Source: Francisella tularensis subsp. holarctica (GTDB lineage Bacteria; Pseudomonadota; Gammaproteobacteria; Francisellales; CACEW01). Taken from it: a stretch of DNA of 64,000 nt. Below, one piece after another: positions 19,128-29,543 of the stretch. Where the stretch lies: contig CAMARA010000002.1 in NCBI GenBank assembly GCA_945860585.1, forward strand, positions 10,643 through 74,642, written 5' to 3'. The position numbers and the translations under genes are program-made. The notes under the pieces are model-generated. The model saw nothing but the letters and a program-made list of their open reading frames with translations, had not been told where the DNA came from and made no database searches. Every line of letters begins with the position of its first letter. Positions within the stretch are counted from its first letter, which is position 1.

Positions 19128-20390
19128 ATGCGAGTGGAGAAAGAGAAAGCGGGTGTGTCAAAAATTGTGCCTTTTGTGATTTGTATTTTAGGCTCATTTT
19201 TTTATGTTTATGATTATTTTCTGGCGGTGGCGCCGAGTATTATGACGCATGATCTTTTGAATCAGTTTTCCTTGAATGCGGCGCAGTTAGGGAGTTTGAT
19301 GGCGGTTTTTTTTCTGGCTTCGACGTTTTTTCAGATTCCCGCGGGGATGTTGCTGGATCGCTTTGGGGCGCGTAAATTATTGACCCTGTCGGTGTTGGTG
19401 AGTGGGCTCGGGACGTTATTATTTGCGGTTTCCACGCAGGCCTGGGAGTTGGGGGCTGCGCGTTTGCTGATGGGGATTGGCTCGCCGTTTGCGTTTTTAG
19501 GGGCGTTGTTTTTGGGCTCGCGTTGGTTTGCGCATCGTCATTTTGCTTTGATTGCGGGCTGTGTGCAATTGGGTGCGGCAGTGGGATCGATTGCCGGAGA
19601 AGGGCCGCTGGCTTTGCTGGTCAATCATCTGGGGTGGCGGCATGCTTTGCTTGCAATTGGCTGGGTGACGCTGGTTTTATCATTGCTTTTTTGGCTGGTG
19701 ATTCGTGATGGAGTGCCCGTCAAGACTGCTGATCCACAGATCAAGCAGGCGCGCTTGCGGGATACCTTTAAATTGCCCCAGGTGTGGTGGATTAGTCTCG
19801 CTGGCTTTGCCTCCTGGGTGACGGTGACGGGGATTGCATCGTTGTGGGGGATTCCCTATTTGATGGCGGTGTATGGCTGGAGTAATGAAAAAATCGGTTA
19901 TTTGTATATCCTGTTTTGGTTAGGTTTAGGCCTGGGTTCACCGCTGATGGGCTGGTTGTCCGATGCCTTGAAAAGCCGCAAGATTCCCTTTTATATTTGT
20001 TTTGGTCTGGGCCTGATTGCTTGTCTGTTCTACATCGAAGCCCCACATATCCCTGGCTGGGTGATGGTGATTGTGCTCATCATGCTCGGTTTTGCAGCCT
20101 CGCTCCAAAGCCTGACCTTTGGAATTGCCAAAGACATCGTCCCGCCACAGCATTTTGTCACCGCCTCAGGCTTAATCAATCTGGCTGCGGTCTTGACCGG
20201 CGTGGTGGTGCAGCCGATCATGGGTTATCTGATCGATCATGCTGCCAAAGCGCACGGGGTAGTCGGTGCACAATATCAAGTTGCCGATTATCAAAACGGC
20301 TTTATCGTGATTGCCTGCGTATTGCTATTTGGCTTGTTGGTCACCCATTTTGGTTTGAAAGAAACGCATTGTCAGGCTGTTTATGAGTAA
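19128..20390 (+). CDS. MFS transporter (12 TM)
   Basis: MFS motif LLDRFGARKLL after TM2 and about 12 hydrophobic segments. TAGGAG precedes the ATG at 19128. Confidence 0.85.
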   Translation: MRVEKEKAGVSKIVPFVICILGSFFYVYDYFLAVAPSIMTHDLLNQFSLNAAQLGSLMAVFFLASTFFQIPAGMLLDRFGARKLLTLSVLVSGLGTLLFAVSTQAWELGAARLLMGIGSPFAFLGALFLGSRWFAHRHFALIAGCVQLGAAVGSIAGEGPLALLVNHLGWRHALLAIGWVTLVLSLLFWLVIRDGVPVKTADPQIKQARLRDTFKLPQVWWISLAGFASWVTVTGIASLWGIPYLMAVYGWSNEKIGYLYILFWLGLGLGSPLMGWLSDALKSRKIPFYICFGLGLIACLFYIEAPHIPGWVMVIVLIMLGFAASLQSLTFGIAKDIVPPQHFVTASGLINLAAVLTGVVVQPIMGYLIDHAAKAHGVVGAQYQVADYQNGFIVIACVLLFGLLVTHFGLKETHCQAVYE

Positions 20391-20627
20391 CTAGAAAGGA
20401 TTTTTTTTTGGGGGCAGCAACTCATTGCGAGTAAGCTCAAAAGCAGGAAAGTCTCGCACTCCTTTAAACTGACGAATCAGATCTGGCCAGATTTGTTTGT
20501 CTTTGTGAATGGACATAATCCCCTCTCTTTTTTTATTCTCTGAGCCCGTCACAGTATTGCATCTCCATATGTATGTCAAGTTTTTCAGCAGGTTCTTTGT
20601 AAGGTGCTGCGCAGAATTGAGTCCTGG

Positions 20628-20665
20628 GTCCTGACGCCTCCTCGCTTTGCAAGGAGTGTCAGGAT
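20628..20665. repeat. Imperfect hairpin related to the GTCATCCT..GCAAAGCGAGGA repeat family
   Basis: GTCCTGACGCCTCCT..AGGAGTGTCAGGAT. The CCTCGCTTT motif recurs at 20683. Confidence 0.45.
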
Positions 20666-20695
20666 GACGTTTCTGGGTATTCTCCTCGCTTTAAA

Positions 20696-21571
20696 TCACA
20701 CCCTGTAATATTTAGCAAAACTACGCGCTTGAAGCTGGGCTACTTCTGGGCTTTCTAATTCACTGAGTTGGGTGATGTGTTGGGCTAGGAGTGCGGCTAT
20801 TTCATCTGCTTGTGGAGGGGTGTATATCTCGCCGCGGTCTTGGTGGGTGAGTTGCTGAAACAGCCAGGGTTTGCCGACACTGGCGCGGCCGATCATCAGG
20901 CCTTGGCAGCCGGTTTGGGTAAACATGCGTTGCAGGGAGGGATAATCTTTGACATCACCATTGCCGATGACGGGCAGGTGGCTGTTTTGCACAATGCTGG
21001 CAATTTCATCTAGGCGGGCGGGGGTGTCGTAACGCTCTGACCAATGGCGTCCGTGGACGATGATAAAGTCGGCGCCGGCATCTTGAATGGCTTGGACGGC
21101 ATCGGTATTAAAGCGATCGCCGCTGTCACCATCCACGCGGATTTTAATCGAGAGCGGTACGTCAATCACAGCTTTGATCGCGCGAATCACCTGGCCTAAT
21201 TCCTGGCTCATCGACAGCCATTTGGAGCCGGCGTTTTTCTTGCGAATTTTATTGACCGGGCAGCCGCAGTTTAAGTCAATCAAATCGGCGCCATGCGCGA
21301 TAGCTTGGAGTGCAGCGGCCTGCAATTCTGCCGCATTGTTTCCTGATAGTTGAAAACACAAAATGCCTTCACGAGGGCTCTTGTAGATATAACGCTGTTC
21401 GGGCTTGCCGAGTAAGGTTTTAGCGGAGATCATCTCGGTCACGCAATAAGCCGCGCCGCCAAACTGAGCGATCAGTGCGCGAAAAGGGGCGCAGCTTACG
21501 CCCGCTAGCGGAGCTTGGATTAGATTCGTGTCAAATAGACGCGTGCCGAGTTGGATGGGCTCAATATGCAT
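20696..21571 (-). CDS. tRNA-dihydrouridine synthase (DusB-like)
   Basis: APLAGVS..PFR N-terminus, the DLNCGCP catalytic-Cys motif, and HGR / GNGD / IGR motifs. Confidence 0.85.
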   Translation of the reverse strand: MHIEPIQLGTRLFDTNLIQAPLAGVSCAPFRALIAQFGGAAYCVTEMISAKTLLGKPEQRYIYKSPREGILCFQLSGNNAAELQAAALQAIAHGADLIDLNCGCPVNKIRKKNAGSKWLSMSQELGQVIRAIKAVIDVPLSIKIRVDGDSGDRFNTDAVQAIQDAGADFIIVHGRHWSERYDTPARLDEIASIVQNSHLPVIGNGDVKDYPSLQRMFTQTGCQGLMIGRASVGKPWLFQQLTHQDRGEIYTPPQADEIAALLAQHITQLSELESPEVAQLQARSFAKYYRV

Positions 21572-21574
21572 CGA

Positions 21575-23599
21575 CTACCCTTTTAAAAAATAGCGCTCTA
21601 GGGCCAATACTTCATCCCGAAGTGCGGCGGCTTGTTCAAACTCTAGATTTTTTGCGTGGGTGTGCATTTGCTTTTCGAGGGCTTTGATTTTTTTGGCGAT
21701 TTGATCGGGGCGGAGTAAACTCAAATCGGTCGGGTCGATGGTGGCGCTCAGTTCTGGGGTGGCGCTGGCGCCTTCCATGATATCGTGAATGGCGCGCTCA
21801 ATGCCTTTGGGGGTGATGCCGTGTTTTTCATTGTGTTCAATTTGCTTGGCGCGACGGCGGTCGGTTTCGTCGATTGCGGTTTTCATGGCGGGCGTGATGC
21901 TGTCGGCGTAGAGAATAGCGTGACCGTGGACGTTGCGGGCGGCGCGTCCAATGGTTTGAATCAGGGAGCGGCTGGAACGCAGAAAGCCCTGTTTATCCGC
22001 ATCAAAAATTGCCACGAGTGACACTTCCGGCAAGTCTAGGCCTTCGCGGAGCAGATTGATGCCGACCAACACATCAAAGGTGCCGAGGCGAAAATCGCGC
22101 AGGATCTCAATGCGCTCGACGGTATCGATATCCGAATGCAGATAGCGGACTTTGATGCCTTGTTCCGCGAGATAGTCGGTGAGGTTTTCAGACATTTTTT
22201 TGGTGAGTGTGGTAATGAGGACGCGCTCATTCAGGGGTAGGCGCAGTTTAATCTCGGAGAGGACATCATCCACCTGGCTGGCCACCGGGCGGATGAGAAT
22301 CGGCGGATCAATCAGGCCGGTGGGGCGTACGACTTGTTCTGCAATATCTTCGCCACTTTGGGTGAGTTCGTATTCTCCCGGTGTGGCTGAAATATAAATG
22401 GCCTGGGGCGTGAGAGTCTGAAATTCTTCAAACTGCAGGGGGCGATTGTCCAGCGCCACGGGCAGGCGGAAACCAAAATTCACCAGATTTTCTTTGCGGG
22501 CGCGATCGCCTTTATACATGGCGCCGAGTTGCGGGATGGTGACATGCGATTCATCAATCATCAGGAGCGCATTTTTGGGCAGATATTCAATCAGGGTGGG
22601 AGGGGGCTCGCCCGGAGCGCGGCCGGAGAGATAGCGGGAATAGTTTTCAATCCCCTTGCAATAGCCGATTTCGACAATCATTTCGATATCATACATCGTG
22701 CGTTGGCGCAGGCGTTGGGCTTCAACCAGTTTGTGTTCGCGTTCAAACTCCGTCAGGCGGACGGCGAGATCCAGCTTCATTTGATCGAGCATGCCGAGGG
22801 TGATCTCGCGCGGCGTCACGAAATGGCTTTTGGGATAGACTGTGAAGCGGGGCAACTCGCGCAGTACTTTGCCGGTGAGGGGGTCAAATAATTTCAGGGA
22901 CTCGATTTCATCATCAAAGAGGCTGATCCGAATCGCCTCAATCGCCGAATCTGCGGGAAACACATCAATCACCTCGCCGCGGACCCGATAATTACCGCGT
23001 TCGAGCACAACATCATTGCGGCTGTATTGCAATTCAACCAGGCGCTGGATCAGTTCCTGCCGTTTTATTTTTTGATTGCGTTGTAAATGCAGCACCATTT
23101 TGAGATAAGACTGCGGATCGCCCAAACCATAAATCGCTGAGACTGTCGCCACAATAATCGTATCCGGATATTCCATGAGTGCTTTGGTGGCCGAAAGCCG
23201 CATCTGCTCGATATGTTCATTGATGGCGGAATCTTTTTCAATGTATAAATCCGAGGCCGGCACATAGGCTTCGGGCTGATAATAATCATAATAGGAAACA
23301 AAATATTCCACATGATTATGCGGAAAAAACGCTTTCATCTCGCCATAAAATTGGGCGGCCAGGGTTTTATTGTGCACCAAAATCAAAGTGGGGCGTTGGA
23401 CATTTTCAATCACACTGGCGGCGGTAAAAGTTTTGCCTGATCCGGTCACACCCAGCAAGACCTGATGCATCAAGCCTTGCTCCAGGCCGGAGGTCAGTTG
23501 CGCGATAGCGGCCGGTTGATCGCCAGCGGGAAGATAAGGGGCTACGAGTTTGAACATCCGTTTTAATCCAAGGCTTGCAGGGTTTTCTTGATCATACAA
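21575..23599 (-). CDS. uvrB: Excinuclease ABC subunit B
   Basis: [10 protein letters not shown] Walker A, helicase motifs and a C-terminal UVR domain ([10 protein letters not shown]). Confidence 0.95.
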   Translation of the reverse strand: MYDQENPASLGLKRMFKLVAPYLPAGDQPAAIAQLTSGLEQGLMHQVLLGVTGSGKTFTAASVIENVQRPTLILVHNKTLAAQFYGEMKAFFPHNHVEYFVSYYDYYQPEAYVPASDLYIEKDSAINEHIEQMRLSATKALMEYPDTIIVATVSAIYGLGDPQSYLKMVLHLQRNQKIKRQELIQRLVELQYSRNDVVLERGNYRVRGEVIDVFPADSAIEAIRISLFDDEIESLKLFDPLTGKVLRELPRFTVYPKSHFVTPREITLGMLDQMKLDLAVRLTEFEREHKLVEAQRLRQRTMYDIEMIVEIGYCKGIENYSRYLSGRAPGEPPPTLIEYLPKNALLMIDESHVTIPQLGAMYKGDRARKENLVNFGFRLPVALDNRPLQFEEFQTLTPQAIYISATPGEYELTQSGEDIAEQVVRPTGLIDPPILIRPVASQVDDVLSEIKLRLPLNERVLITTLTKKMSENLTDYLAEQGIKVRYLHSDIDTVERIEILRDFRLGTFDVLVGINLLREGLDLPEVSLVAIFDADKQGFLRSSRSLIQTIGRAARNVHGHAILYADSITPAMKTAIDETDRRRAKQIEHNEKHGITPKGIERAIHDIMEGASATPELSATIDPTDLSLLRPDQIAKKIKALEKQMHTHAKNLEFEQAAALRDEVLALERYFLKG

Positions 23600-24614
23600 C
23601 AGCGAGCCTTGCAGGGCAAATCGGCAGCAGCGCCTTTACCGCATCAAGGACTTCCGTTTGGGTGAGGTCGGCACAGCCGTATTTCTGGCCGGGAATAATC
23701 GGTGCCTGGGTATCATCTTCTCGAAAAACAACCATCTTTGCGGTGGTCGCGCTCACAGCATATTCGGGTCGTTTATAGGTGAAAAGCGCGACGACAGGAG
23801 TGTCAATTGCAAAAGCCAGATGCATCAGGCCGGTATCGCCGGTGATCAGCATTTTCACGTGCTTGAAGAGCGCAGCCAGTTCAGAGAGGCTTAAAATCGG
23901 CAGGCGGATGGCGGGGAGATCAGCGGGATAGTGGGCAAAAAAAGTGTCTACATATTCGCTTTGGCCCGGATTGGTGACGACGACAGGAATGCAATTTTTC
24001 GTGTGATACAGGGTGGCGGCAAGTTGCGCATATTCCGCAGCAGGCCAGCATTTGATCGCGACAGCGGTGGCGAGATTATAGCAAATATACACTTGATCGG
24101 GCTGCAGATATTTCTGGGCAAACGTGTTGAGATAATCAGGAATAAAAAAGCGCGGCAACGGCCAGATGTGCTGTGGGTCAATGCCGAGCGGACGCACGAG
24201 TTCTGTAAACTCGACAATCCAATTGCCAAACGAACTCGGTGTTGGGGCCAGGAGATTGTAGCTGCGGCGCAGCGCTTTGGTTTTATCAAAGGAAAGGCGC
24301 TGCGGAATCGCCGTCCAGCGCGCGAGCGTGGAGGTAATGCCGCCCATGTAAAAATTAACGAGCAGATCAAATTGGCTGCGACGGAGCTGGAAAATCTTCT
24401 GGATCATGCGCCAGGCATCACGTAGGTTTTTTATTTTGCGGGGGAAAATTTCAACTTGCGTGATGGCGGGATGCGTCGCCAGAATCTCAAAATTGGCGGC
24501 ATCTGTGAGCGCATGGATTTCAGCTTCGGGAAAATGCAGCTTGAGGGCGCGCAGGGTAGGCTCATGCATGAGCGTGTCCCCGATGCGGCTAAATTCAAGC
24601 AGGAGGATTTTCAT
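23592..24614 (-). CDS. Glycosyltransferase family 9 (LPS heptosyltransferase-like)
   Basis: GT9 pattern (RIGD N-terminus, [11 protein letters not shown] near the C-terminus). Confidence 0.8.
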   Translation of the reverse strand: MKILLLEFSRIGDTLMHEPTLRALKLHFPEAEIHALTDAANFEILATHPAITQVEIFPRKIKNLRDAWRMIQKIFQLRRSQFDLLVNFYMGGITSTLARWTAIPQRLSFDKTKALRRSYNLLAPTPSSFGNWIVEFTELVRPLGIDPQHIWPLPRFFIPDYLNTFAQKYLQPDQVYICYNLATAVAIKCWPAAEYAQLAATLYHTKNCIPVVVTNPGQSEYVDTFFAHYPADLPAIRLPILSLSELAALFKHVKMLITGDTGLMHLAFAIDTPVVALFTYKRPEYAVSATTAKMVVFREDDTQAPIIPGQKYGCADLTQTEVLDAVKALLPICPARLAVV

Positions 24615-25389
24615 GGGGTTTTCTCAATAATAAATATAATCCCAATGCGAACATCGGGAGGCATAAAATCTGCCCCATCGTCAGCCAGCCAAACGCAAGA
24701 TAGCCGAGTTGCGGATCGGGTTCCCGGAAAAATTCTACAAAAAAACGGGCACTGGCATAACCAATTAAAAAGAGGGCGGAGATCAAGGCGGGGCGCCGTT
24801 GTTTCAGCGACAGGGTCCACAGTAGGATAAACAGTACAATGCCTTCTAGACTCAGCTCAAATAATTGTGAAGGATAACGGGGCAGCGGGCCGCCAGTGGG
24901 AAAAACCATACCGAGCGGCGAATCGGTCACGCGCCCCCAGAGTTCGCCATTAATAAAATTGCCTAAACGTCCCAGCGCCAAGCCGATCGGTGCGAGTGGG
25001 GCCACGCTATCCATGAGCAGAAAATAAGGGATGCGCGCTTTTCTGGCAAAAAAGAAGAGGCTGATTGCCACACCCATCAAACCCCCATGAAAAGACATGC
25101 CGCCATCCCAGAGCTCAAAGATAATCCAGGGCTGATGCAAAAAGCTGGGTAGATCATAAAAAAACATATAGCCAACGCGGCCGCCGATGATGACGCCTAA
25201 GGCTGCGTAGAAGAGCAAGTCGGAGAGGGCCTCGGGGGTTTTGATGGGAAACCAGCTTTGCGTTTTCATGCGATAGCGCGCCAGCAGCCAGGCCAATGTC
25301 AGGCCGAAGAGATACATCAGTCCATACCAATGCACGGGCAAGGGCCCGATGTGAAAGGCAATCGGATTAAAATCGGGATAGTGCCACAT
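24595..25389 (-). CDS. lgt: Prolipoprotein diacylglyceryl transferase
   Basis: HWYGLMY, GGRLGN-like ([15 protein letters not shown]) and HPSQLYE-like (YPSQLFE) motifs. The start at 25389 overlaps the fur stop. Confidence 0.9.
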   Translation of the reverse strand: MWHYPDFNPIAFHIGPLPVHWYGLMYLFGLTLAWLLARYRMKTQSWFPIKTPEALSDLLFYAALGVIIGGRVGYMFFYDLPSFLHQPWIIFELWDGGMSFHGGLMGVAISLFFFARKARIPYFLLMDSVAPLAPIGLALGRLGNFINGELWGRVTDSPLGMVFPTGGPLPRYPSQLFELSLEGIVLFILLWTLSLKQRRPALISALFLIGYASARFFVEFFREPDPQLGYLAFGWLTMGQILCLPMFALGLYLLLRKPHENPPA

Positions 25390-25811
25390 TATGCACTTCC
25401 TTTGCATTGTGGGCAGATGCCGTAGAGATACAGATTGTGATCGGTGATGTCATACTGAAACTGTTCCGCAATACTGTTTTGGCGGGCTTCGATGATTTCA
25501 TCAATAAACTCTTTAACCTCGCCACATTTCACGCACATGAGGTGATCGTGGTGGCCGCCGCGATCGAGTTCAAAGACGGCGTAATCTTCAGAAAAATGAT
25601 GCTTATTCACAATGCCGGCACTCATAAATTGAGTCAATACTCGATAGATCGTTGCCAAGCCTACTTCATGTCCGCGTTGCGTCAGCAGAGTATGAATGTC
25701 TTCAGCACGCAGATGCTGGGAGGATTCTTCTAAAATATGCAAAATCAGGAGACGCGGGGTTGTCACTTTGAGTCCTATCTCATGTAAATCAGTGCGCGGG
25801 ATGCTGGCCAT
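25389..25811 (-). CDS. fur: Ferric uptake regulator
   Basis: [16 protein letters not shown] and HHDH..C..CG..C..C motifs. Confidence 0.9.
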   Translation of the reverse strand: MASIPRTDLHEIGLKVTTPRLLILHILEESSQHLRAEDIHTLLTQRGHEVGLATIYRVLTQFMSAGIVNKHHFSEDYAVFELDRGGHHDHLMCVKCGEVKEFIDEIIEARQNSIAEQFQYDITDHNLYLYGICPQCKGSA

Positions 25812-25866
25812 TGTTTCATTCCTCTGAATTCGTTAAGATGTTTAAAAAACTGAGAGGTATTGTACT

Positions 25867-26199
25867 ATGTTTTCTAAAAAAGGTTTACTCTGTGTAGGGG
25901 CACTGTCCGCGGTCTTATTGCTATCCGGTTGTGCGTATCAGATGCAGATTCAGCAAGGCGTGGACTTAAGTTCTGAGCAAATCAGTGGTTTGAAAGTCGG
26001 GATGACGGAGGCACAGGTCACATTCTTGCTCGGTACACCGAATTTGATTGATACTTATCATCCCGATTCCTGGTACTATATTTATACCAATAAAGAAAAT
26101 CGCCAGCCCTTGCAGAGTAATCGACTCGTCGTCAATTTTAATGCGCAGGGTGTAGTGGAATCTTTTAGCCAAACGGGTTTTGATAATGTTGCAAGCTAA
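25867..26199 (+). CDS. bamE: Outer membrane assembly lipoprotein BamE (SmpA/OmlA)
   Basis: Lipobox LLSGC plus G.T..QV..LLGTP. It is divergent from fur. Confidence 0.85.
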   Translation: MFSKKGLLCVGALSAVLLLSGCAYQMQIQQGVDLSSEQISGLKVGMTEAQVTFLLGTPNLIDTYHPDSWYYIYTNKENRQPLQSNRLVVNFNAQGVVESFSQTGFDNVAS

Positions 26200-26938
26200 A
26201 ACTGCGCTGATTACAGGCGCCTCCAGTGGTATTGGCGCAGCGATTGCAGAAAAATTAGCCGCATCGGGCGTGAAAGTCATTTTAGTCGCGCGCCGCATGG
26301 GTCGTTTAGATGAGCTCGCTAAAAAAATCCAGCTGCAGTATCAAACGCCTGTGTTTATTGCGGAGGCGGATGTGCGTCAGGCGGAGGCTATTCCAGCTTT
26401 GTTGCATAGTCTGCCTAAAGTATTTCGTGATGTCGATATCCTGGTCAATAGTGCGGGTCTGGCGGCGGGTTTGGACCCGATTCATGAGGCGGATCTGGCA
26501 GACTGGGATCAGATGATCGATACGAATTTTAAAGGCTTAATCTATGCGACGCGTGCTATTTTGCCATTGATGCAGGTGCGCGGCTCCGGCCATATCATTA
26601 ATGTGAGTTCGCTCGCAGGGCATCGGGCGTATGCGGGCGGCAGTGTGTATTGTGCGACGAAAGCGGCCGTTACCAGTTTTACCCGGGCTTTAAAATTGGA
26701 ATGTCAGGGCCAGAATATCCGGGTTACGGATATCGCGCCCGGCATGGTGGAAACTGAGTTCAGCGAGGTGCGTTTTAAAGGCGATGCTGCGCAGGCGAAA
26801 CAAGTCTATGCTAATCTGATTCCCTTGTCCGCAGACGAAGTAGCCGATGCGATGCATTATGCCTTGACCCGTCCCGCGCATGTGAATATTTCGGAGATGG
26901 TTATTGTGGCAAATGCGCAGGCGATTCAGCTGGTTTGA
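26186..26938 (+). CDS. SDR-family NADP-dependent oxidoreductase (YdfG-like)
   Basis: TGASSGIG cofactor motif and YCATKAA catalytic motif. Confidence 0.85.
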   Translation: MLQAKTALITGASSGIGAAIAEKLAASGVKVILVARRMGRLDELAKKIQLQYQTPVFIAEADVRQAEAIPALLHSLPKVFRDVDILVNSAGLAAGLDPIHEADLADWDQMIDTNFKGLIYATRAILPLMQVRGSGHIINVSSLAGHRAYAGGSVYCATKAAVTSFTRALKLECQGQNIRVTDIAPGMVETEFSEVRFKGDAAQAKQVYANLIPLSADEVADAMHYALTRPAHVNISEMVIVANAQAIQLV

Positions 26939-27515
26939 CAAAGTTTTCAATATATTTGGCGAGCATATCCACTTCTAAATTAATCACCTGACCGATCTGA
27001 TAATCGCGGGCGATGGTGACATCCTGCGTGTGCGGGATCAGGGTGAGAGTGAATTCTGTTGGGTGAACATCGATGAGCGTGAGGCTCATGCCGTCAAAAC
27101 CAATATAGCCTTTTTTGATCATGTATTTGCGCAGTGCTGCAGGGAAAGCAACGGTGATGAGGAGGGCCTGTCCTTCCGGCCGGATGGCGGTAATCGTGCC
27201 GGTAGCATCGACATGACCTTGCAGCAGATGGCCGCCCAGGCGTTTTTGCAGGGTCATTGAGCGCTCTAAATTAACGCCGGAGCCTTCGTGTAAATGGCCG
27301 AGATTCGTTAGGCGTAGCGTTTCCGCAACCGCTTCCACCCAAAAGCCTTGCTGATTAAACTCCGTCACGGTGAGGCAGGCGCCGTTGACGGCAATGCTGT
27401 CGCCGATGTGCAGATCGGTGAGGACGGCTTGAGCCTCGATAAAAAAGCGTTTGCCTAAGAGTACAGCGACGATGGTTTTGATGATGCCGATTTCTTCAAC
27501 GATGCCTGTAAACAT
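26901..27515 (-). CDS. ribE: Riboflavin synthase alpha chain
   Basis: MFTGIVEEIG N-terminus and duplicated lumazine-binding repeats (NGACLTV / DGMSLTL). Confidence 0.9.
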   Translation of the reverse strand: MFTGIVEEIGIIKTIVAVLLGKRFFIEAQAVLTDLHIGDSIAVNGACLTVTEFNQQGFWVEAVAETLRLTNLGHLHEGSGVNLERSMTLQKRLGGHLLQGHVDATGTITAIRPEGQALLITVAFPAALRKYMIKKGYIGFDGMSLTLIDVHPTEFTLTLIPHTQDVTIARDYQIGQVINLEVDMLAKYIENFVKPAESPAHLPQ

Positions 27516-27545
27516 GATGTGGGTGATCCTTGTTAATGTGTTCAA

Positions 27546-27584
27546 CTCCCTCTCCCTCGACGGGGGAGGGTTGGGGTGGAGGTG
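27546..27584. repeat. REP-like palindromic element, copy 3
   Basis: CTCCCTCTCCCTCGACGGGGGAGGGTTGGGGTGGAGGTG lies in the divergent ribE / mce-permease spacer. Confidence 0.8.
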
Positions 27585-27688
27585 ATTCTGAGAATATCAT
27601 AATATCATCTCAGAAGCTCCGCAACTAGGCAGGGCGGATTTGTTCTGTTACACTCAACCTTAAGTAAAAAAATTAAGCTCAAATTTAG

Positions 27689-28798
27689 ATGGCTGATTCG
27701 TCTACTGCAATGCTGGAATTTCAGGCGGGAACGCTCAAATGTAAAGGCGCTTGGATTGCGCGTGAACTGCGCGGTTTGCCGCCTGCCTTGCCGGAGCCTC
27801 TGGCCGCAAAGGAATGGGTGATTTCAGGGGCGGAGATGACGGCCATGGATACTGCGGGGGCTCTGTTTTTACATCGCTATCTACTGCAACTTACGGCACA
27901 TAAAATAAAGTACCAACTGCAAGATTTTCAGCCGAAGTGGCAGGAGTTATTAGATTTTGTGGCAGACCATCCGCTGGAGGCTCTTTCGGAGCCAGAACCG
28001 GGGCTATCCGGATTAGCGCGGGTGGGCGAAGAGGCCGTTGCCAAGGGGCAGTATTTTCTGCAGTTTTTTAATTTTATCGGGCAGATGGTGAGTATGCTAG
28101 TGTATACACTTTGGCATCCACGTCGCCTGCACCTTAAAACCATTGTCAATACAGCAGAGCAGGTGGGCTTTCGTGCCTTGCCGATTGTCGGGCTGCTGTG
28201 TTTTTTAATTGGCGTGGTGCTGGCGTATCAATTAGGCATTCAGCTCAAAACCTATGGCGCCAATATTTTGATTGTGTTTTTGACGGGGCTCGCCATCTTG
28301 CGGGAGTTCGGGCCGCTGATTGCGGCGATTATCATGGCGGGACGGACGAGTTCTGCGTTTACGGCGGAAATCGGCAGCATGAAGGTCAATCAGGAAATCG
28401 ATGCCCTGCAAGTGATGGGGCTGTCGCCGATGGAATTTTTAGTGATTCCCAAAATGATCGCGATTTTACTGGTGTTTCCTTTATTAATTTTCTGGGCCGA
28501 TTTATTTGGCGTGTTGGGCAGTATGTTGATGGCTCAATTTAATTTAGGCATCAGCTGTACCGCATTTCTCCATGAATTTGCCAATACCGTGGATGTCACG
28601 CAATTGCTGATCGGCATGAGTAAGGCACCGGTTTTTGCACTGATCATTGTGTTGGTGGGCTGTTATCAAGGTTTTCAGGTGGAGTATAGCGCTGAAAGTA
28701 TTGGTAAAAAAACGACTAAAAGTGTGGTGCAGGCGATTTTTTTGATTATTATTGCTGATGCGCTGTTTTCGATTCTCTATGGCAATGTGGGGGTTTGA
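27689..28798 (+). CDS. MlaE-family ABC permease with an N-terminal STAS-like extension (second MCE system)
   Basis: The C-terminal ~250 aa are collinear with MlaE (REFGPLIAAIIMAGRTSSAFTAEIG). About 110 extra N-terminal residues precede it. Confidence 0.8.
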   Translation: MADSSTAMLEFQAGTLKCKGAWIARELRGLPPALPEPLAAKEWVISGAEMTAMDTAGALFLHRYLLQLTAHKIKYQLQDFQPKWQELLDFVADHPLEALSEPEPGLSGLARVGEEAVAKGQYFLQFFNFIGQMVSMLVYTLWHPRRLHLKTIVNTAEQVGFRALPIVGLLCFLIGVVLAYQLGIQLKTYGANILIVFLTGLAILREFGPLIAAIIMAGRTSSAFTAEIGSMKVNQEIDALQVMGLSPMEFLVIPKMIAILLVFPLLIFWADLFGVLGSMLMAQFNLGISCTAFLHEFANTVDVTQLLIGMSKAPVFALIIVLVGCYQGFQVEYSAESIGKKTTKSVVQAIFLIIIADALFSILYGNVGV

Positions 28799-29535
28799 AA
28801 AGCATGGCAGAAGCGATTATTCAGATTAAGGGGCTGGCGAATGTCCTGAGCGGTGTCACCGTGCATGAGGGCCTGGATTTTGAGATGCAGCGTGGCGAAA
28901 TCATGGGCATTATCGGGGGCAGTGGTTCAGGTAAAACGACCTTGCTCCGCAATATTTGGATGCTGTTGCCGCCTACACGCGGGAGTATCCTTTTGTTTGG
29001 TGAAGAAGTTGTAGGCTGTAGTGAAAAAAAGGCCTATCAATTGCGGCAGCGTTTTGGGGTAATGTTTCAGCAGGGTGCCTTGTTTAGCGGCCTGACCGTG
29101 CTGGAGAATATTATGTTTCCCCTGCTGCAGTTTGCAGATTTGGACACGGCGTTTATGCAGGATTTAGCCCTGCTGAAACTTAAACTCGTGGGCTTGCCGG
29201 TGACAGCCGCTCAAAAATATCCTTCTGAATTGAGCGGAGGCATGATCAAACGGGCAGCCGCAGCAAGATCCTTGGCTTTGGATCCGGAGTTATTGTTTTT
29301 GGATGAGCCCACCTCCGGGCTGGATCCCAAAAGCAGTGCGGATTTTGATAAATTGATTTTAGATTTGCGAGAGATGTTGGGGCTGAGTATCGTCATCGTG
29401 ACGCATGATGCGGATTCCTTGCAACGCTTGACGAATCGCGTGGCTTTTTTAGGTGCGGGAAAGGTGCTGGCTTGCGGGCCGGTGGCCGAAGTGAAAAAAA
29501 ATAAAGATCCCCTGATTCAGGGTTATTTTTCTTAG
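28795..29535 (+). CDS. MlaF-like ABC ATP-binding protein (second MCE system)
   Basis: GGSGSGKTT, LSGGMIKRAAAARS and LFLDEPTSGLD motifs. Confidence 0.85.
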   Translation: MKSMAEAIIQIKGLANVLSGVTVHEGLDFEMQRGEIMGIIGGSGSGKTTLLRNIWMLLPPTRGSILLFGEEVVGCSEKKAYQLRQRFGVMFQQGALFSGLTVLENIMFPLLQFADLDTAFMQDLALLKLKLVGLPVTAAQKYPSELSGGMIKRAAAARSLALDPELLFLDEPTSGLDPKSSADFDKLILDLREMLGLSIVIVTHDADSLQRLTNRVAFLGAGKVLACGPVAEVKKNKDPLIQGYFS

Positions 29536-29543
29536 GAGGGTAC

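Noticed and set aside
27594-27607. Fur box in the ATATCATAATATCA sequence.
   Set aside because: Hand alignment to GATAATGATAATCATTATC gives only about 9 of 19 matches in the best register. That is not convincing.
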